DNA of 64,000 nt from contig CAVSGG010000011.1 in assembly GCA_963727455.1 (NCBI GenBank), forward strand, positions 31,791 through 95,790, in the 5' to 3' direction. Both the position numbers and the translations under genes were made by a program. This stretch comes from Candidatus Krumholzibacteriota bacterium (lineage in GTDB: Bacteria > Krumholzibacteriota > Krumholzibacteriia > JAJRXK01). Of this stretch, positions 17,681 to 27,600 are shown piece by piece. Below the pieces are notes generated by a model that saw only the letters and a list, made by a program, of their open reading frames with translations, was not told the DNA's origin and did no database searches. Numbering within the stretch: position 1 is the first letter of the stretch; the number at the start of each line of letters is the position of its first letter.

Positions 17681-20600
17681 TCCTTCGGCTCCTTCGAGAG
17701 ACGATCCGCGTCCTCTCCTTCGTCGGCGGGAAGCGTGCGCTCCACCCCCGCCAATTGCTTGTAGTACTTGTAGCGCTGCTCGATCTCGCTCTGCGCAATG
17801 GCGAAGAGATGTTGCGCCCGCTCGGGCTTGCTTCGCACGAGCATGCCGAAGCGCGCCTCCTTCAAGGCGAAATCACGGAAAGGAATCGTCGGCTGCTTGC
17901 TGTCGAGCTTGAAGGGAGTCGATCCCTCGCTGTGCGCCTCGTCCGGATTGTAGTGATAGAGGCTGATGAAGCCACTCTTCACGCCCTCTTTCTGGTGCGA
18001 CATCGAAGTGCTCATGTCGATGCCGTGCGCGATACAGTGGCTGTAGGCGATGATCAGCGAAGGCCCGTCGTAGGCTTCCGCCTCCTTCATGACCCTGATG
18101 GTGTGGCTCGGATTGGCTCCGAGGGCCACCTGCGCCACGTAGCAATTGCCGTAAGCCATCGCGATCATGCCGAGGTCCTTCTTGCCCAGGGGCTTGCCGC
18201 CTGCGGCGAACTTGGCCACCGCGGCGCGCGGCGTGGCCTTGCTCGCTTGACCGCCCGTGTTCGAATAGACCTCGGTGTCGAGCACGAGAATGTTGACGTT
18301 GCGACCCGAAGCGATGACGTGGTCGAGTCCGCCGAAGCCGATGTCGTAAGCCCATCCGTCGCCGCCGACGATCCAGACACTACGGCGCACCAGGGAGTCG
18401 GCTACGGCCAATAGATCGCGCGCATCGAGGTCGTCCTCGCCCTGCAGCATCTCCTTCAGCTCGGCGACCCGCGCCCTCTGCGCGGCGATTCCCATTTCGG
18501 TCTGCTGCTCGCCCTCGAGCAGACCGCCGGCCAGATCCCCACCCAAGCGCGCGCTCAACTTTTGCACGAGATTGCGCGCAAACGAGGTCTGCGCCTCGAC
18601 CGCCAATCGCATGCCGATCCCGAACTCCGCGTTGTCTTCAAACAGGGAGTTGTTCCAAGCCGGACCGTGACCTGCCGCGTTGGTCGTGTAGGGAGTGGTG
18701 GGAAGGTTCCCGCCATAGATGGACGAGCAGCCGGTGGCGTTGGCAATGATCATGCGGTCACCGAAAAGCTGCGTCGCCAGCTTGATGTAAGGTGTCTCCC
18801 CGCAGCCGGCACAGGCGCCCGAGAACTCGAAGAGCGGTTCCCCGAGCTGGCTACCCTTGATGCTGTCCAGCTTCACATCCTGCCGGGGTAAAAACTCGAT
18901 CGAGGAGAAATAGTCGAAGTTAGCCCGCTCACGCTCGAGATGTTCGCGCTTGGGCTCCATGTTGATCGCCTTGTGCTTGGCGACCTCCTTGGAATGCGCG
19001 GGACATACGTCGACGCAGACTCCGCAACCAGTACAGTCGTCGGGAGCGACCTGAATGGCCATTTCCAGCCCCGCGTGCTCCTTGGTCTTCCAGGGCATCG
19101 ACAGAAAGCCCTCTGGCCGGTCGCCGTCACGCTTCTTCGGATCCCAGGCATTCATGCGGATGGCCGCGTGCGGACACACCAAGGAGCAAAGAGCGCACTG
19201 GATGCAGATGTCGGGATCCCAGATGGGAATTTCCTGCGCGATGCTGCGCTTCTCCCACTTCGTGGTCCCGGTGGGGAAGGTTCCGTCGACCGGCATTGCG
19301 CTCACCGGCAACAGGTCCCCCTTCCCTTCGATCATGATGCGGGTGACGCGCTGCACGAAATCGGGGGCGATTTCGGGCACTCCCGGGTGCCGCCGGATGG
19401 TGGAGTTGACCTTGCCCGGCACCTTGACTTCGCTGAGCGCGCCCAGAGACGCATCCACCGCGGCGAAGTTGCGATCGAGTACCGATTGACCGCGCTTGCC
19501 GTAGGTCTTGCGAATGGCCTCCTTGATCTGGGCAATCGCGTCGTCCTTGGGCAGTACGCCGCTGATGGCGAAAAAGCAGGTCTGCATCACGGTGTTGATC
19601 CGTGTGCCCATGCCCGCTTCCTTGGCCACCTTGTAGCCGTCCACCACGTAGAACTTCAGCTTCTTGTCGATGATGCCCTGCTGCGTCTCCGCCGGAATCT
19701 GGTCCCAGACTTCTTCGGCGGAGAAGGGACTGTTCAAAAGGAAGGTCGCGCCCTCGCACGCCGTCTCCAGAACGTCCATCTTCTCCAGGAAGTTGAACTG
19801 GTGGCAAGCCACGAAATTCGCGCGGCGAATGAGATAGGTGCTCTCGATGGGCCGCGGCCCGAAGCGCAAGTGACTGACGGTGGTGCTGCCGGCCTTCTTC
19901 GAGTCGTAGACGAAGTAGCCCTGAGCGTACATCTCGGTTTCTTCCCCGATGATCTTCACCGAGTTCTTGCTGGCTCCCACCGTGCCGTCGCTACCCAGTC
20001 CGTAAAATACGGCGCGGGTGACGTCGTCGGGTTCGGTGACGAAATCGTCATCCCAATCGAGGCTGAGGTGCGTCACGTCGTCGACGATGCCCACGGTGAA
20101 GCGGCGTCGCGCGTCTTCCTTCTTCGCCTCGTCCAGGACTCCCTTCACCATGGCGGGAGTGAATTCCTTGCTCGAAAGGCCGAAGCGGCCGCCGATGACC
20201 CGCGGTGCCTCGCCCTGCCACTCCTCGCGCACTGCAGCCAGCACGTCCAGGAAAAGGGGTTCTGCGGGAGCGCCCGGCTCCTTGGTGCGATCCAGCACGG
20301 CGAGGGTCTTCACCGTGTCGGGGAGCGCCTTCACCAGGGCCTTCATGTCGAAGGGTCGGTAGAGCCGCACTTTGAGCAGGCCAACGGGCTCACCCATCTC
20401 GTTCAGCTTGCGGACCGCTTCCTCGGCCGCGCCCACCCCGCTGCCCATGAGCACCACCACGCGCTCGGCCTGGGGCGAACCCACGTAATCGAAGAGCTGG
20501 TATTGGCGTCCGGTCAGCTTTGCGAACTCGTCCATCGTTTCCTGCACGAGTTCGCTGCAGCGATCGTAGAATGGATTGATCGCCTCGCGCGCCTGGAAGA

Positions 20601-21273
20601 ACACATCTGGATTCTGGGCCGATCCCCTGAGCACTGGCGCGGAGGGATTCAACGCGCGCGCGCGGTGCTGATGAATCAGGTCCTCATCGATCATGGCGCG
20701 AATCTGCTCGTCGCTCAGAGTGGTGACCTTGTTCACCTCGTGGGAGGTACGGAATCCATCGAAGAAGTGGAGGAAGGGAATGCGCGTCCTCAGGGTTGCG
20801 GCCTGCGCGATGAGCGCCAGGTCCTGGACTTCCTGAATTCCGCCCGAAGCCAGAAATGCCCATCCCGTACCCCGCGCCGCCATGACGTCGCTGTGGTCGC
20901 CGAAGATCGAAAGCGCATGCGTGGCGACCGAGCGCGCCGCGATGTGGAACACGGTGGGAGTCAACTCACCGGCGATCTTGAACATGTTGGGGATCATCAA
21001 GAGAAGTCCCTGCGAGGCGGTGAAGGTAGTGGTCAGGGCACCGGCTTGCAGAGATCCGTGGACCGCACCCGCGGCGCCACCTTCACTCTGCATCTCGATG
21101 ACCTCGGGCACCTCGCCCCAGAGATTCTTCCGTCCCGCGGCGGACCACGCATCCGCATGCTCCCCCATGGGAGAAGCGGGCGTGATGGGATAGATAGCGA
21201 TGACTTCGTTGGTCTTGTGCGCCACTCTTGCCGCAGCTTCGTTGCCGTCGATCACCGCGAAGCGATCAGCCAT
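17677..21273 (-). CDS. nifJ: Pyruvate:ferredoxin (flavodoxin) oxidoreductase, homodimeric type
   Basis: [33 protein letters not shown], two CxxCxxCxxxCP motifs, FSGACAGCGETPY, GGDGWAYDIG, YSNTGGQASK. Confidence 0.97.
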   Translation of the reverse strand: MADRFAVIDGNEAAARVAHKTNEVIAIYPITPASPMGEHADAWSAAGRKNLWGEVPEVIEMQSEGGAAGAVHGSLQAGALTTTFTASQGLLLMIPNMFKIAGELTPTVFHIAARSVATHALSIFGDHSDVMAARGTGWAFLASGGIQEVQDLALIAQAATLRTRIPFLHFFDGFRTSHEVNKVTTLSDEQIRAMIDEDLIHQHRARALNPSAPVLRGSAQNPDVFFQAREAINPFYDRCSELVQETMDEFAKLTGRQYQLFDYVGSPQAERVVVLMGSGVGAAEEAVRKLNEMGEPVGLLKVRLYRPFDMKALVKALPDTVKTLAVLDRTKEPGAPAEPLFLDVLAAVREEWQGEAPRVIGGRFGLSSKEFTPAMVKGVLDEAKKEDARRRFTVGIVDDVTHLSLDWDDDFVTEPDDVTRAVFYGLGSDGTVGASKNSVKIIGEETEMYAQGYFVYDSKKAGSTTVSHLRFGPRPIESTYLIRRANFVACHQFNFLEKMDVLETACEGATFLLNSPFSAEEVWDQIPAETQQGIIDKKLKFYVVDGYKVAKEAGMGTRINTVMQTCFFAISGVLPKDDAIAQIKEAIRKTYGKRGQSVLDRNFAAVDASLGALSEVKVPGKVNSTIRRHPGVPEIAPDFVQRVTRIMIEGKGDLLPVSAMPVDGTFPTGTTKWEKRSIAQEIPIWDPDICIQCALCSLVCPHAAIRMNAWDPKKRDGDRPEGFLSMPWKTKEHAGLEMAIQVAPDDCTGCGVCVDVCPAHSKEVAKHKAINMEPKREHLERERANFDYFSSIEFLPRQDVKLDSIKGSQLGEPLFEFSGACAGCGETPYIKLATQLFGDRMIIANATGCSSIYGGNLPTTPYTTNAAGHGPAWNNSLFEDNAEFGIGMRLAVEAQTSFARNLVQKLSARLGGDLAGGLLEGEQQTEMGIAAQRARVAELKEMLQGEDDLDARDLLAVADSLVRRSVWIVGGDGWAYDIGFGGLDHVIASGRNVNILVLDTEVYSNTGGQASKATPRAAVAKFAAGGKPLGKKDLGMIAMAYGNCYVAQVALGANPSHTIRVMKEAEAYDGPSLIIAYSHCIAHGIDMSTSMSHQKEGVKSGFISLYHYNPDEAHSEGSTPFKLDSKQPTIPFRDFALKEARFGMLVRSKPERAQHLFAIAQSEIEQRYKYYKQLAGVERTLPADEGEDADRLSKEPKE

Positions 21274-21403
21274 TTCCGAGCCTCCTCCTTGCCCCGGTCT
21301 CTTGATTTGAACCGGGAATCGGTACCCACAGTGGTGACTGGGCCCAGGGGGGGCAAGGTTTGCCTTCATTCCATTTTTGGCCCTCCGCAACACCTCAAAA
21401 TGC

Positions 21404-21441
21404 TGACAAAATGTCCGAAATGTGGCCTGGACATCTTGTCA
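21404..21441. promoter_or_regulatory. Inverted pair of TGACA-N3-TGTCC operators between divergent nifJ and the sigma-54 regulator
   Basis: TGACAAAATGTCC at 21404-21416; GGACATCTTGTCA at 21429-21441 (reverse complement TGACAAGATGTCC). Confidence 0.65.
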
Positions 21442-21521
21442 GAGTCGGGGGGAAAGGGTAGCTTCTAGCCGACCCAGCCGCGGCCGTGCGACGGGGCCCC
21501 TTCAGCCGAGGAAAGGCCGGG

Positions 21522-22961
21522 ATGAGCCCAAGCGAATCCGTTCCCAATCGCATCGAGAGCACCGAGTCGGTGGGCCGGGGAACCATCCTCGTGTTGGACG
21601 ACGAAGTGCAGATGTTGCACTCCCTCGACCGCATGATCCGACGCGAGGGTTACGAGGTGCTCACCGCGCGCGACGGACGCGAAGGGCTGGAGGTTCTGCG
21701 CCGCCACGACGGCGAAGTCGACGTGGCCCTCTGCGATCTGCGGATGGGAGAGATGGGCGGCATGGAGTTCGTCGAGGCCGCGCGCGCTCTCTACCCGGAC
21801 CTGGAAACGGTCATCATGACCGGCTACGGGACCATCGAGGCCGCGGTGGAAGCGATGCGGGCCGGCGCCTACGACTTCCTGCCCAAACCCTTCAAGCGCG
21901 TGCAGATCCTCAAGATCCTCTCCCGCGCCCTGGAACGGCGGGCGCTGGTGGTAGAAAACCGCACCCTGCGCGCGCAGATCGAAAGCCACGGCGGCAAGAG
22001 CGTGGTGGGCAACAGCGAGGGCATGCGCCGCGTGCTCGATCTGGTCAATCAAGTCGCGCGCAGCGAGGCAACGGTCCTCATCCTCGGCGAGAGCGGCACA
22101 GGAAAAGAGGTCATCGCCCGCGCTCTGCACGCGGCCAGCGATCGCGCACGCAATCCCTTCATCAAGGTGAACTGCGCCTCGATTCCCGAAACCCTGCTCG
22201 AGGCGGAGCTCTTCGGCTACGAGCGGGGCGCGTTCACCGGTGCGGTGAAGCGCAAGCCGGGGCGTTTCGAATTGGCCGAGGGCGGCACGCTCTTCCTGGA
22301 CGAAATTGGCGACGTCTCCCTGGAGATGCAGGTGAAGCTCTTGCGGGTGCTGCAAGAGCGGGAGTACGAACGCCTGGGAGGAACGGAGACCCTCAAGGCG
22401 GACCTGCGCATTCTGGCCGCCACCCACCAGGACCTGCACCAGCTCATCCAGAAAGGCCGCTTCCGCGAGGACCTCTATTATCGTCTCGCAGTCATTCCCA
22501 TCGAGATCCCCCCGCTCCGAGAGCGGCGCGAGGATATCCCCCTCTTGGTCGCGCACTTCGTGCAACAGCTCAGCGAGAAGAACAAGAGCGCCACTCCCAG
22601 CGTGCACCCAGAAGTCCTGGACCGTCTCAACTCCTACGATTGGCCGGGGAACGTGCGCGAGCTGGAAAACGCCATTGAGCGTGCCGTCGTCCTCTGTAAG
22701 GACCGCGTGATCCTGCCACAGGATCTGCCGGCCCATATCGCACCTCGACGCTTCGAGGGCAACGTCCTCAAGGTGCCCATGGGCACCCCCATGCGCGAAA
22801 TCCAAGAACAGGTGATCGACCAGACCCTGGCCATTACCAATGGCAACAAGGAGAAGGCAGCCAAGATCCTGGGAGTGGCGGCGCGGACCATCTACCGTCA
22901 CATGAAGGCCCGCGAGGAAGAGCAGGCCCCGACACCCGAAGACGAGCCCTCGGCCGGCTAG
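21522..22961 (+). CDS. Sigma-54-dependent response regulator (REC-AAA-Fis HTH, NtrC/AtoC family)
   Basis: ILVLDDE receiver, GESGTGKE, GAFTGA, LFLDEIG, FREDLYYRL, WPGNVRELEN, and HTH. Confidence 0.95.
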   Translation: MSPSESVPNRIESTESVGRGTILVLDDEVQMLHSLDRMIRREGYEVLTARDGREGLEVLRRHDGEVDVALCDLRMGEMGGMEFVEAARALYPDLETVIMTGYGTIEAAVEAMRAGAYDFLPKPFKRVQILKILSRALERRALVVENRTLRAQIESHGGKSVVGNSEGMRRVLDLVNQVARSEATVLILGESGTGKEVIARALHAASDRARNPFIKVNCASIPETLLEAELFGYERGAFTGAVKRKPGRFELAEGGTLFLDEIGDVSLEMQVKLLRVLQEREYERLGGTETLKADLRILAATHQDLHQLIQKGRFREDLYYRLAVIPIEIPPLRERREDIPLLVAHFVQQLSEKNKSATPSVHPEVLDRLNSYDWPGNVRELENAIERAVVLCKDRVILPQDLPAHIAPRRFEGNVLKVPMGTPMREIQEQVIDQTLAITNGNKEKAAKILGVAARTIYRHMKAREEEQAPTPEDEPSAG

Positions 22962-23006
22962 CGGCGCCCCCCGGCAGAACCTCTGGCGCACGCCCAAGCA
23001 CCAATC

Positions 23007-23019
23007 TGACAAACTGTCC
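23007..23019. promoter_or_regulatory. TGACA-N3-TGTCC operator upstream of the 2-oxoacid oxidoreductase operon
   Basis: TGACAAACTGTCC, about 160 bp upstream of the ferredoxin start. Confidence 0.55.
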
Positions 23020-23180
23020 GGAATGGCCCGCAGCGGCAGCGGATCCTTGGATCTGGATATCCAAGTGACTAGGTTTCCAGCGTCGCGGGGCCCGGACCAA
23101 GTGCTGCCGCCCCGCCCAAAAGATCATTCCCTGTCTGGATTCAGGGATCCCCCATCGATCCAGCCCGAAGGAGCCCCGCC

Positions 23181-23414
23181 ATGAGCACCAAGAGCGTTGA
23201 GGATCGAGGCAAGTGCGAAGTCATTCCCGACCTCTGTAAGGGATGCGGGCTCTGCATTTCCATGTGCCCCGAGACCTGTATCGTTCGTGACGATTCCCTG
23301 AATCGTCGGGGGTACCGCCCCGCCGTTTATGAAGGACATGGCTGTACCGGCTGTGGGATCTGTTTTTCGACCTGTCCCGAGCCCAGTGCCATCATCGTAA
23401 CTCGCTTCCGTTAG
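23181..23414 (+). CDS. 2x[4Fe-4S] ferredoxin (delta subunit of 2-oxoacid:ferredoxin oxidoreductase)
   Basis: [12 protein letters not shown] and [12 protein letters not shown]; RBS GAAGGAG. Confidence 0.92.
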   Translation: MSTKSVEDRGKCEVIPDLCKGCGLCISMCPETCIVRDDSLNRRGYRPAVYEGHGCTGCGICFSTCPEPSAIIVTRFR

Positions 23415-23426
23415 GGGGAGGCCAGA

Positions 23427-24602
23427 ATGCCAGTGAACGAAAAGGCCTTCCGCAGCGCCGTGCCCACTTGGGGCTCACCGGAGGAATTGGATCCGCGAGG
23501 CCGCAAGACCAAGACGGTCGAGTCCACCGAGGGCGCGACGGTGCTCATGAAAGGCAACGAAGCCGTAATCCACGGCGCCCTCTTGGCCGGGTGCCGCTGC
23601 TTCTTCGGATACCCCATCACCCCAGCCAGTGAAATCGCGCACACTGCGGCCGCGATGTTCCCCTTGGCCGGGGCCACCTTCTTGCAGGCCGAGAGTGAAG
23701 TCGCCGCGATCCAGATGGTGTACGGCGCCTCCTCCGCCGGAGTGCGCACGATGACTGCTAGCAGCAGTCCGGGCATCAGCCTCAAGCAAGAGGGCATCTC
23801 TTACGCCGCGGGCAGCGAACTCCCCTTGGTGGTGATCGACATCATGCGGGGCGGACCTGGGCTGGGTAACATCGCGCCGGAGCAGGGCGATTACTTCCAG
23901 ATGGTCAAGGGCGGTGGTCACGGGTGCTACAAGATGGTGATCCTGGCGCCCAACAGCGCCCAGGAGATGTGCGACCTCACCATGGAAGCCTTCGAGGTCG
24001 CCGATCGCTATCGCAATCCGACAGTGGTTCTGGCCGACGGTCTCGTTGGGCAAATGAAGGAGCCGGTGCGGCTCTCGCGCGCCGTGCGTGAACTGCCCAA
24101 CAAGGACGAGTGGTGCGTGGCGGGCACGGCGGAGACCCGGTCCAATCTCATTTGCTCGATCAAGCTGGTGCCCGAGGTTTTGGAGGAGCACGTTCGTCAT
24201 CTCGACCGCAAGTTCCAGCGCATGGAGAAGGCCGAAGTTCGTTGGGAGGAATACCGCACCGAGGACGCCGAACTCATCTACGTCGGGTACGGCGTGGTGA
24301 GCCGGATTCTGCAGGGAGTGGTCGATGAGGCTCGTGAACGCGGCATCAAAGCCGGGCTCCTGCGTCCCATCACTCTGTGGCCCTTCCCCAGCGAAGCGCT
24401 GCGCGCGGTTTGCGCCCAGGCCAAGATCTGTCTGACGGTCGAACTTTCCACCGGACAGATGATCGAGGATGTGCGCCTCGCGGTGAGCGACCTGCTCCCA
24501 GTGCATTTCTACGGACGAGCAGGAGGCGTGCTCCCTTCGACCGAGGAGCTCTTGGAGGAAACGACGAACCTTTGGACCTCGCGTGTGGGGGTGACAGCAT
24601 GA
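23427..24602 (+). CDS. vorB: 2-oxoacid:ferredoxin oxidoreductase alpha subunit (2-ketoisovalerate oxidoreductase VorB-like)
   Basis: [46 protein letters not shown]. Confidence 0.88.
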   Translation: MPVNEKAFRSAVPTWGSPEELDPRGRKTKTVESTEGATVLMKGNEAVIHGALLAGCRCFFGYPITPASEIAHTAAAMFPLAGATFLQAESEVAAIQMVYGASSAGVRTMTASSSPGISLKQEGISYAAGSELPLVVIDIMRGGPGLGNIAPEQGDYFQMVKGGGHGCYKMVILAPNSAQEMCDLTMEAFEVADRYRNPTVVLADGLVGQMKEPVRLSRAVRELPNKDEWCVAGTAETRSNLICSIKLVPEVLEEHVRHLDRKFQRMEKAEVRWEEYRTEDAELIYVGYGVVSRILQGVVDEARERGIKAGLLRPITLWPFPSEALRAVCAQAKICLTVELSTGQMIEDVRLAVSDLLPVHFYGRAGGVLPSTEELLEETTNLWTSRVGVTA

Positions 24603-26038
24603 AGATCATCGAGAGGCCGCAATCCATTCTGGAGACATTTCCCCGCAAGGGAGGCGCAGAACCCGACGCGACCCACTACTGTCCCGGCTGCGGACATGGA
24701 ATCGTTCACAAGCTCCTTGGCGAGTGCATCGACGAGCTTGCGATCAAGGACGACACCGTGCTCATCAGCCCGGTGGGATGCTCCGTTTTCGCCTACTACT
24801 ATTTCGACACGGGCAACGTCCAGGCCGCGCACGGCCGTGCACCGGCGGTGGGAACAGGAATCAAGCGTGCGCGCCCCAAGAGCATCGTCATCTCCTATCA
24901 GGGAGACGGTGATCTGGCTGCAATCGGCGGCAACAACATTCTGCAGGCCGCGAACCGCGGCGAGAACCTGACGGTCATCTTCATCAACAATGCCATTTAC
25001 GGCATGACCGGAGGACAGCTCGCTCCGACTTCCATTCTGGGAATGCATACCACGACCACGCCGCGAGGCCGCGAGTTCAGCGACTACGGCAGTCCCATGA
25101 AAGTGGCCGAGCTCTTGGCCAACCTGGACGGCGTGGCATTCTCGGCGCGGCACGCCCTGACCACGCCGGCAAAGATCAACCGCACCAAAAAGGCCATCAA
25201 GAAGGCACTTCAGTACCAAATGGAGAACCGCGGCTTCTCGATCGTAGAGATCCTCAGCCAATGCCCCACCGGCTGGAAGATCGACCCGGTCGATTCACTG
25301 AACTGGATCGAGGAGAACATGGTGCCCGCCTTCCCCTTGGGCACCTACAAGGACACTCCGCACGAGCGCGCCATTCCTCCCGAACCGGCCAATTACGACC
25401 CCGATGCGGTGGAGCGTGTGGTGCTACGGAGCGCGCAGGACTCCAAGAGCGCCGCTCGCCTGACGCAGGCGCCCTGGACCGAGGCGTTCAAGGGGGAAGG
25501 AGCCAAGAAGGACACCATCCGCATGAAGGTAGCCGGATTCGGCGGGCAGGGCGTTCTCATGCTGGGCGAGCTCACCGCCAAGGCGGGCATGCTCGAGGGC
25601 GTCAACGTGACCTGGCTGCCCAGCTACGGGCCCGAGATGCGCGGGGGCACCGCCAATTGCTCGGTGGTCGCATCGACGCGGGAAATCGGCAATCCCCTGG
25701 TGAACGCCTCCGAGGTGCTGGTGGCCATGAACCGGCCCTCCCTGGAGAAGTTCGAGAAGGATGTTCAACCCGGCGGCGTGATCTTCTACGACAGTAGCCT
25801 CATCTCCGCCGCGCCGACGCGCGATGACGTGGAGATCTACCCCGTGCCGGCCACCGAAATCGCCGACTCCTTGGGGATGGGAAGAGTCGCCAACGTCGTG
25901 CTCCTGGGCGCAATGCACAAAGTGTTGGGCTTCCCGGCGCAGGAGAAGATCCAGGAGACCATCCGGGGCATCAGCAAGAACGAGAACATTCTCTCGATCA
26001 ATCAGAAGGCCTTCCAAGCGGGATTGGATTCGGTTTAG
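24599..26038 (+). CDS. 2-oxoacid:ferredoxin oxidoreductase fused beta-gamma subunit (VorA-like)
   Basis: [27 protein letters not shown], then AGFGGQG and [12 protein letters not shown]. Start overlaps the upstream stop. Confidence 0.9.
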   Translation: MKIIERPQSILETFPRKGGAEPDATHYCPGCGHGIVHKLLGECIDELAIKDDTVLISPVGCSVFAYYYFDTGNVQAAHGRAPAVGTGIKRARPKSIVISYQGDGDLAAIGGNNILQAANRGENLTVIFINNAIYGMTGGQLAPTSILGMHTTTTPRGREFSDYGSPMKVAELLANLDGVAFSARHALTTPAKINRTKKAIKKALQYQMENRGFSIVEILSQCPTGWKIDPVDSLNWIEENMVPAFPLGTYKDTPHERAIPPEPANYDPDAVERVVLRSAQDSKSAARLTQAPWTEAFKGEGAKKDTIRMKVAGFGGQGVLMLGELTAKAGMLEGVNVTWLPSYGPEMRGGTANCSVVASTREIGNPLVNASEVLVAMNRPSLEKFEKDVQPGGVIFYDSSLISAAPTRDDVEIYPVPATEIADSLGMGRVANVVLLGAMHKVLGFPAQEKIQETIRGISKNENILSINQKAFQAGLDSV

Positions 26039-27543
26039 AAGGGCTCGGATCCCAGTCCGCTCGGCGTTCCCCCGGGCTCTCTCACGGAAGCATCGCCTTC
26101 CAAGAGTGCCGGCAACCACACGGTGAAGCTGACGCCTTTTTCGGGCAAGCTTTTGACCGTGATGCTGCCCCCGTGTTCCTCGACGAGGGTCTTGCAAACC
26201 GAAAGCCCGAGTCCGGTACCGTTGACCTTGGTCGTGAAGAAGGGGTCGAAGAGTTGGGAGAGGTGCGCCGGAGGAATGCCGGGGCCATCGTCTTCCACCA
26301 CCACCTCGAGTCCGGTGCGTTCGACCCCGTCGGGGCCGATGGGACAACTCTGTCGAGCGGTCACCCAGACCGTGCCTCCGGACTCCACGGCCTGAAGGGC
26401 ATTCATGCAGAGGTTCAGGATGACCTGCTCCAGCTGGTTCGCATCTCCCAGAATGGGGGCGAGTTGAGAATCGATCTTCACCTCGATTTTCGTCCCCTGT
26501 TTTTGCGAGGCGTGATGGATCAGACGCTCGACCCGGGAAAGCACGTTCTTGAGTTCCAGGGGCTCCATCTCGGGCTTTTCGGGGCGAGAAAAGCTGAGCA
26601 GCTCCCGAACGAGTCCGCCGATCCGGTCGGTCTCGCGCACGATGGTCTCCAGCTCCTGCCGCCGCGCGTCGTCATCTTCCAGATCGAGCATCAGGAATTC
26701 AGCGGTGTTGGAAATGACCCCCAGCGGAGTTCCGATCTCGTGCGCCAGCGCCGCCGCCATGTTGCCCACCGCGGTCATGCGCTCGGTGAACGCCATCTTC
26801 TCTTCGGCCAACTTTCTCGCGGTGATGTCGCGCACCACGAAACTGTAGCCGTTGGGCCGCCCACTGCCGTCGAAGAGCGGGGTGCGCGAGACATCGATCC
26901 ACAGCAGGGAACCCGCGCGCGTTTCGACTTCGATTTCCCGATTGGCCAGAGCGAGCAGCGGATCGCTCGGAACGAAGACCTCTTCGGCGACGGCCCAGGC
27001 ATTCTCACTGAAAAGTCGTTCGATGGGCTCACCCACCGCTTCACTCACGTCCCACCCGAAGATCTTCTCCGCGCCCCGATTCCAAAAACGCACACTGTGA
27101 ACGCGGTCGAGGGCGATCACACCGTCGTTCCCGTTGCGGATGGCCGAAAGCAGAAAGCGCTCACGCCAGCTGTCCATCTGACCCAGCTCCTCGCTGGGCA
27201 GAGGCAGGATCAAGGTGACCAGCATGTCACCGTCATTGCCCAGAGGAGCCACGACCACGCGGAAATAGGAGAGGGTCCCGTCTTCGGCCTGTGCACTGCG
27301 CAGCGTCTCGGCAACCCTTCCCGAGCGAAGCACCAAGGGCGGCAGGCAGTCTTCGCAGCGCCGGTCCTTGGGAACGTAGCCGGTGAAGCAGTGCTTTCCT
27401 TGCAGTCCGGGAAAGTTCTCGATGTGCTCTTTGAAATAGCGATTGCCCCAGAGCAAAGTGAGGCGCTCGTCGAGAATCGTGATTCCGGCGCGCACGGAGT
27501 CGAAGAACGGCAGAGACTCGCGGATGTCTTCCAAGCTGGACAT
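26035..27543 (-). CDS. Cytoplasmic PAS-PAS sensor histidine kinase
   Basis: Two PAS-like domains, H-box AHEIGTPL, N-box QVILNLCMNA, DDGPGI, FDPFFTTK, GTGLGL. No TM segment. Start estimated at MSSLEDI. Confidence 0.92.
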   Translation of the reverse strand: MSSLEDIRESLPFFDSVRAGITILDERLTLLWGNRYFKEHIENFPGLQGKHCFTGYVPKDRRCEDCLPPLVLRSGRVAETLRSAQAEDGTLSYFRVVVAPLGNDGDMLVTLILPLPSEELGQMDSWRERFLLSAIRNGNDGVIALDRVHSVRFWNRGAEKIFGWDVSEAVGEPIERLFSENAWAVAEEVFVPSDPLLALANREIEVETRAGSLLWIDVSRTPLFDGSGRPNGYSFVVRDITARKLAEEKMAFTERMTAVGNMAAALAHEIGTPLGVISNTAEFLMLDLEDDDARRQELETIVRETDRIGGLVRELLSFSRPEKPEMEPLELKNVLSRVERLIHHASQKQGTKIEVKIDSQLAPILGDANQLEQVILNLCMNALQAVESGGTVWVTARQSCPIGPDGVERTGLEVVVEDDGPGIPPAHLSQLFDPFFTTKVNGTGLGLSVCKTLVEEHGGSITVKSLPEKGVSFTVWLPALLEGDASVREPGGTPSGLGSEPF

Positions 27544-27600
27544 GGGACATAGCTTCGAGAAAGGAGTGCCTGGCGTCAAGTCGCCCGGCAAAGGGACAGC

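Noticed and set aside
18940-21468. 842-aa plus-strand ORF and other long antisense ORFs (e.g. 21465-23012, 35739-37412, 56859-58169)
   Set aside because: Shadow ORFs opposite well-supported genes, expected in GC-rich DNA; no motifs.
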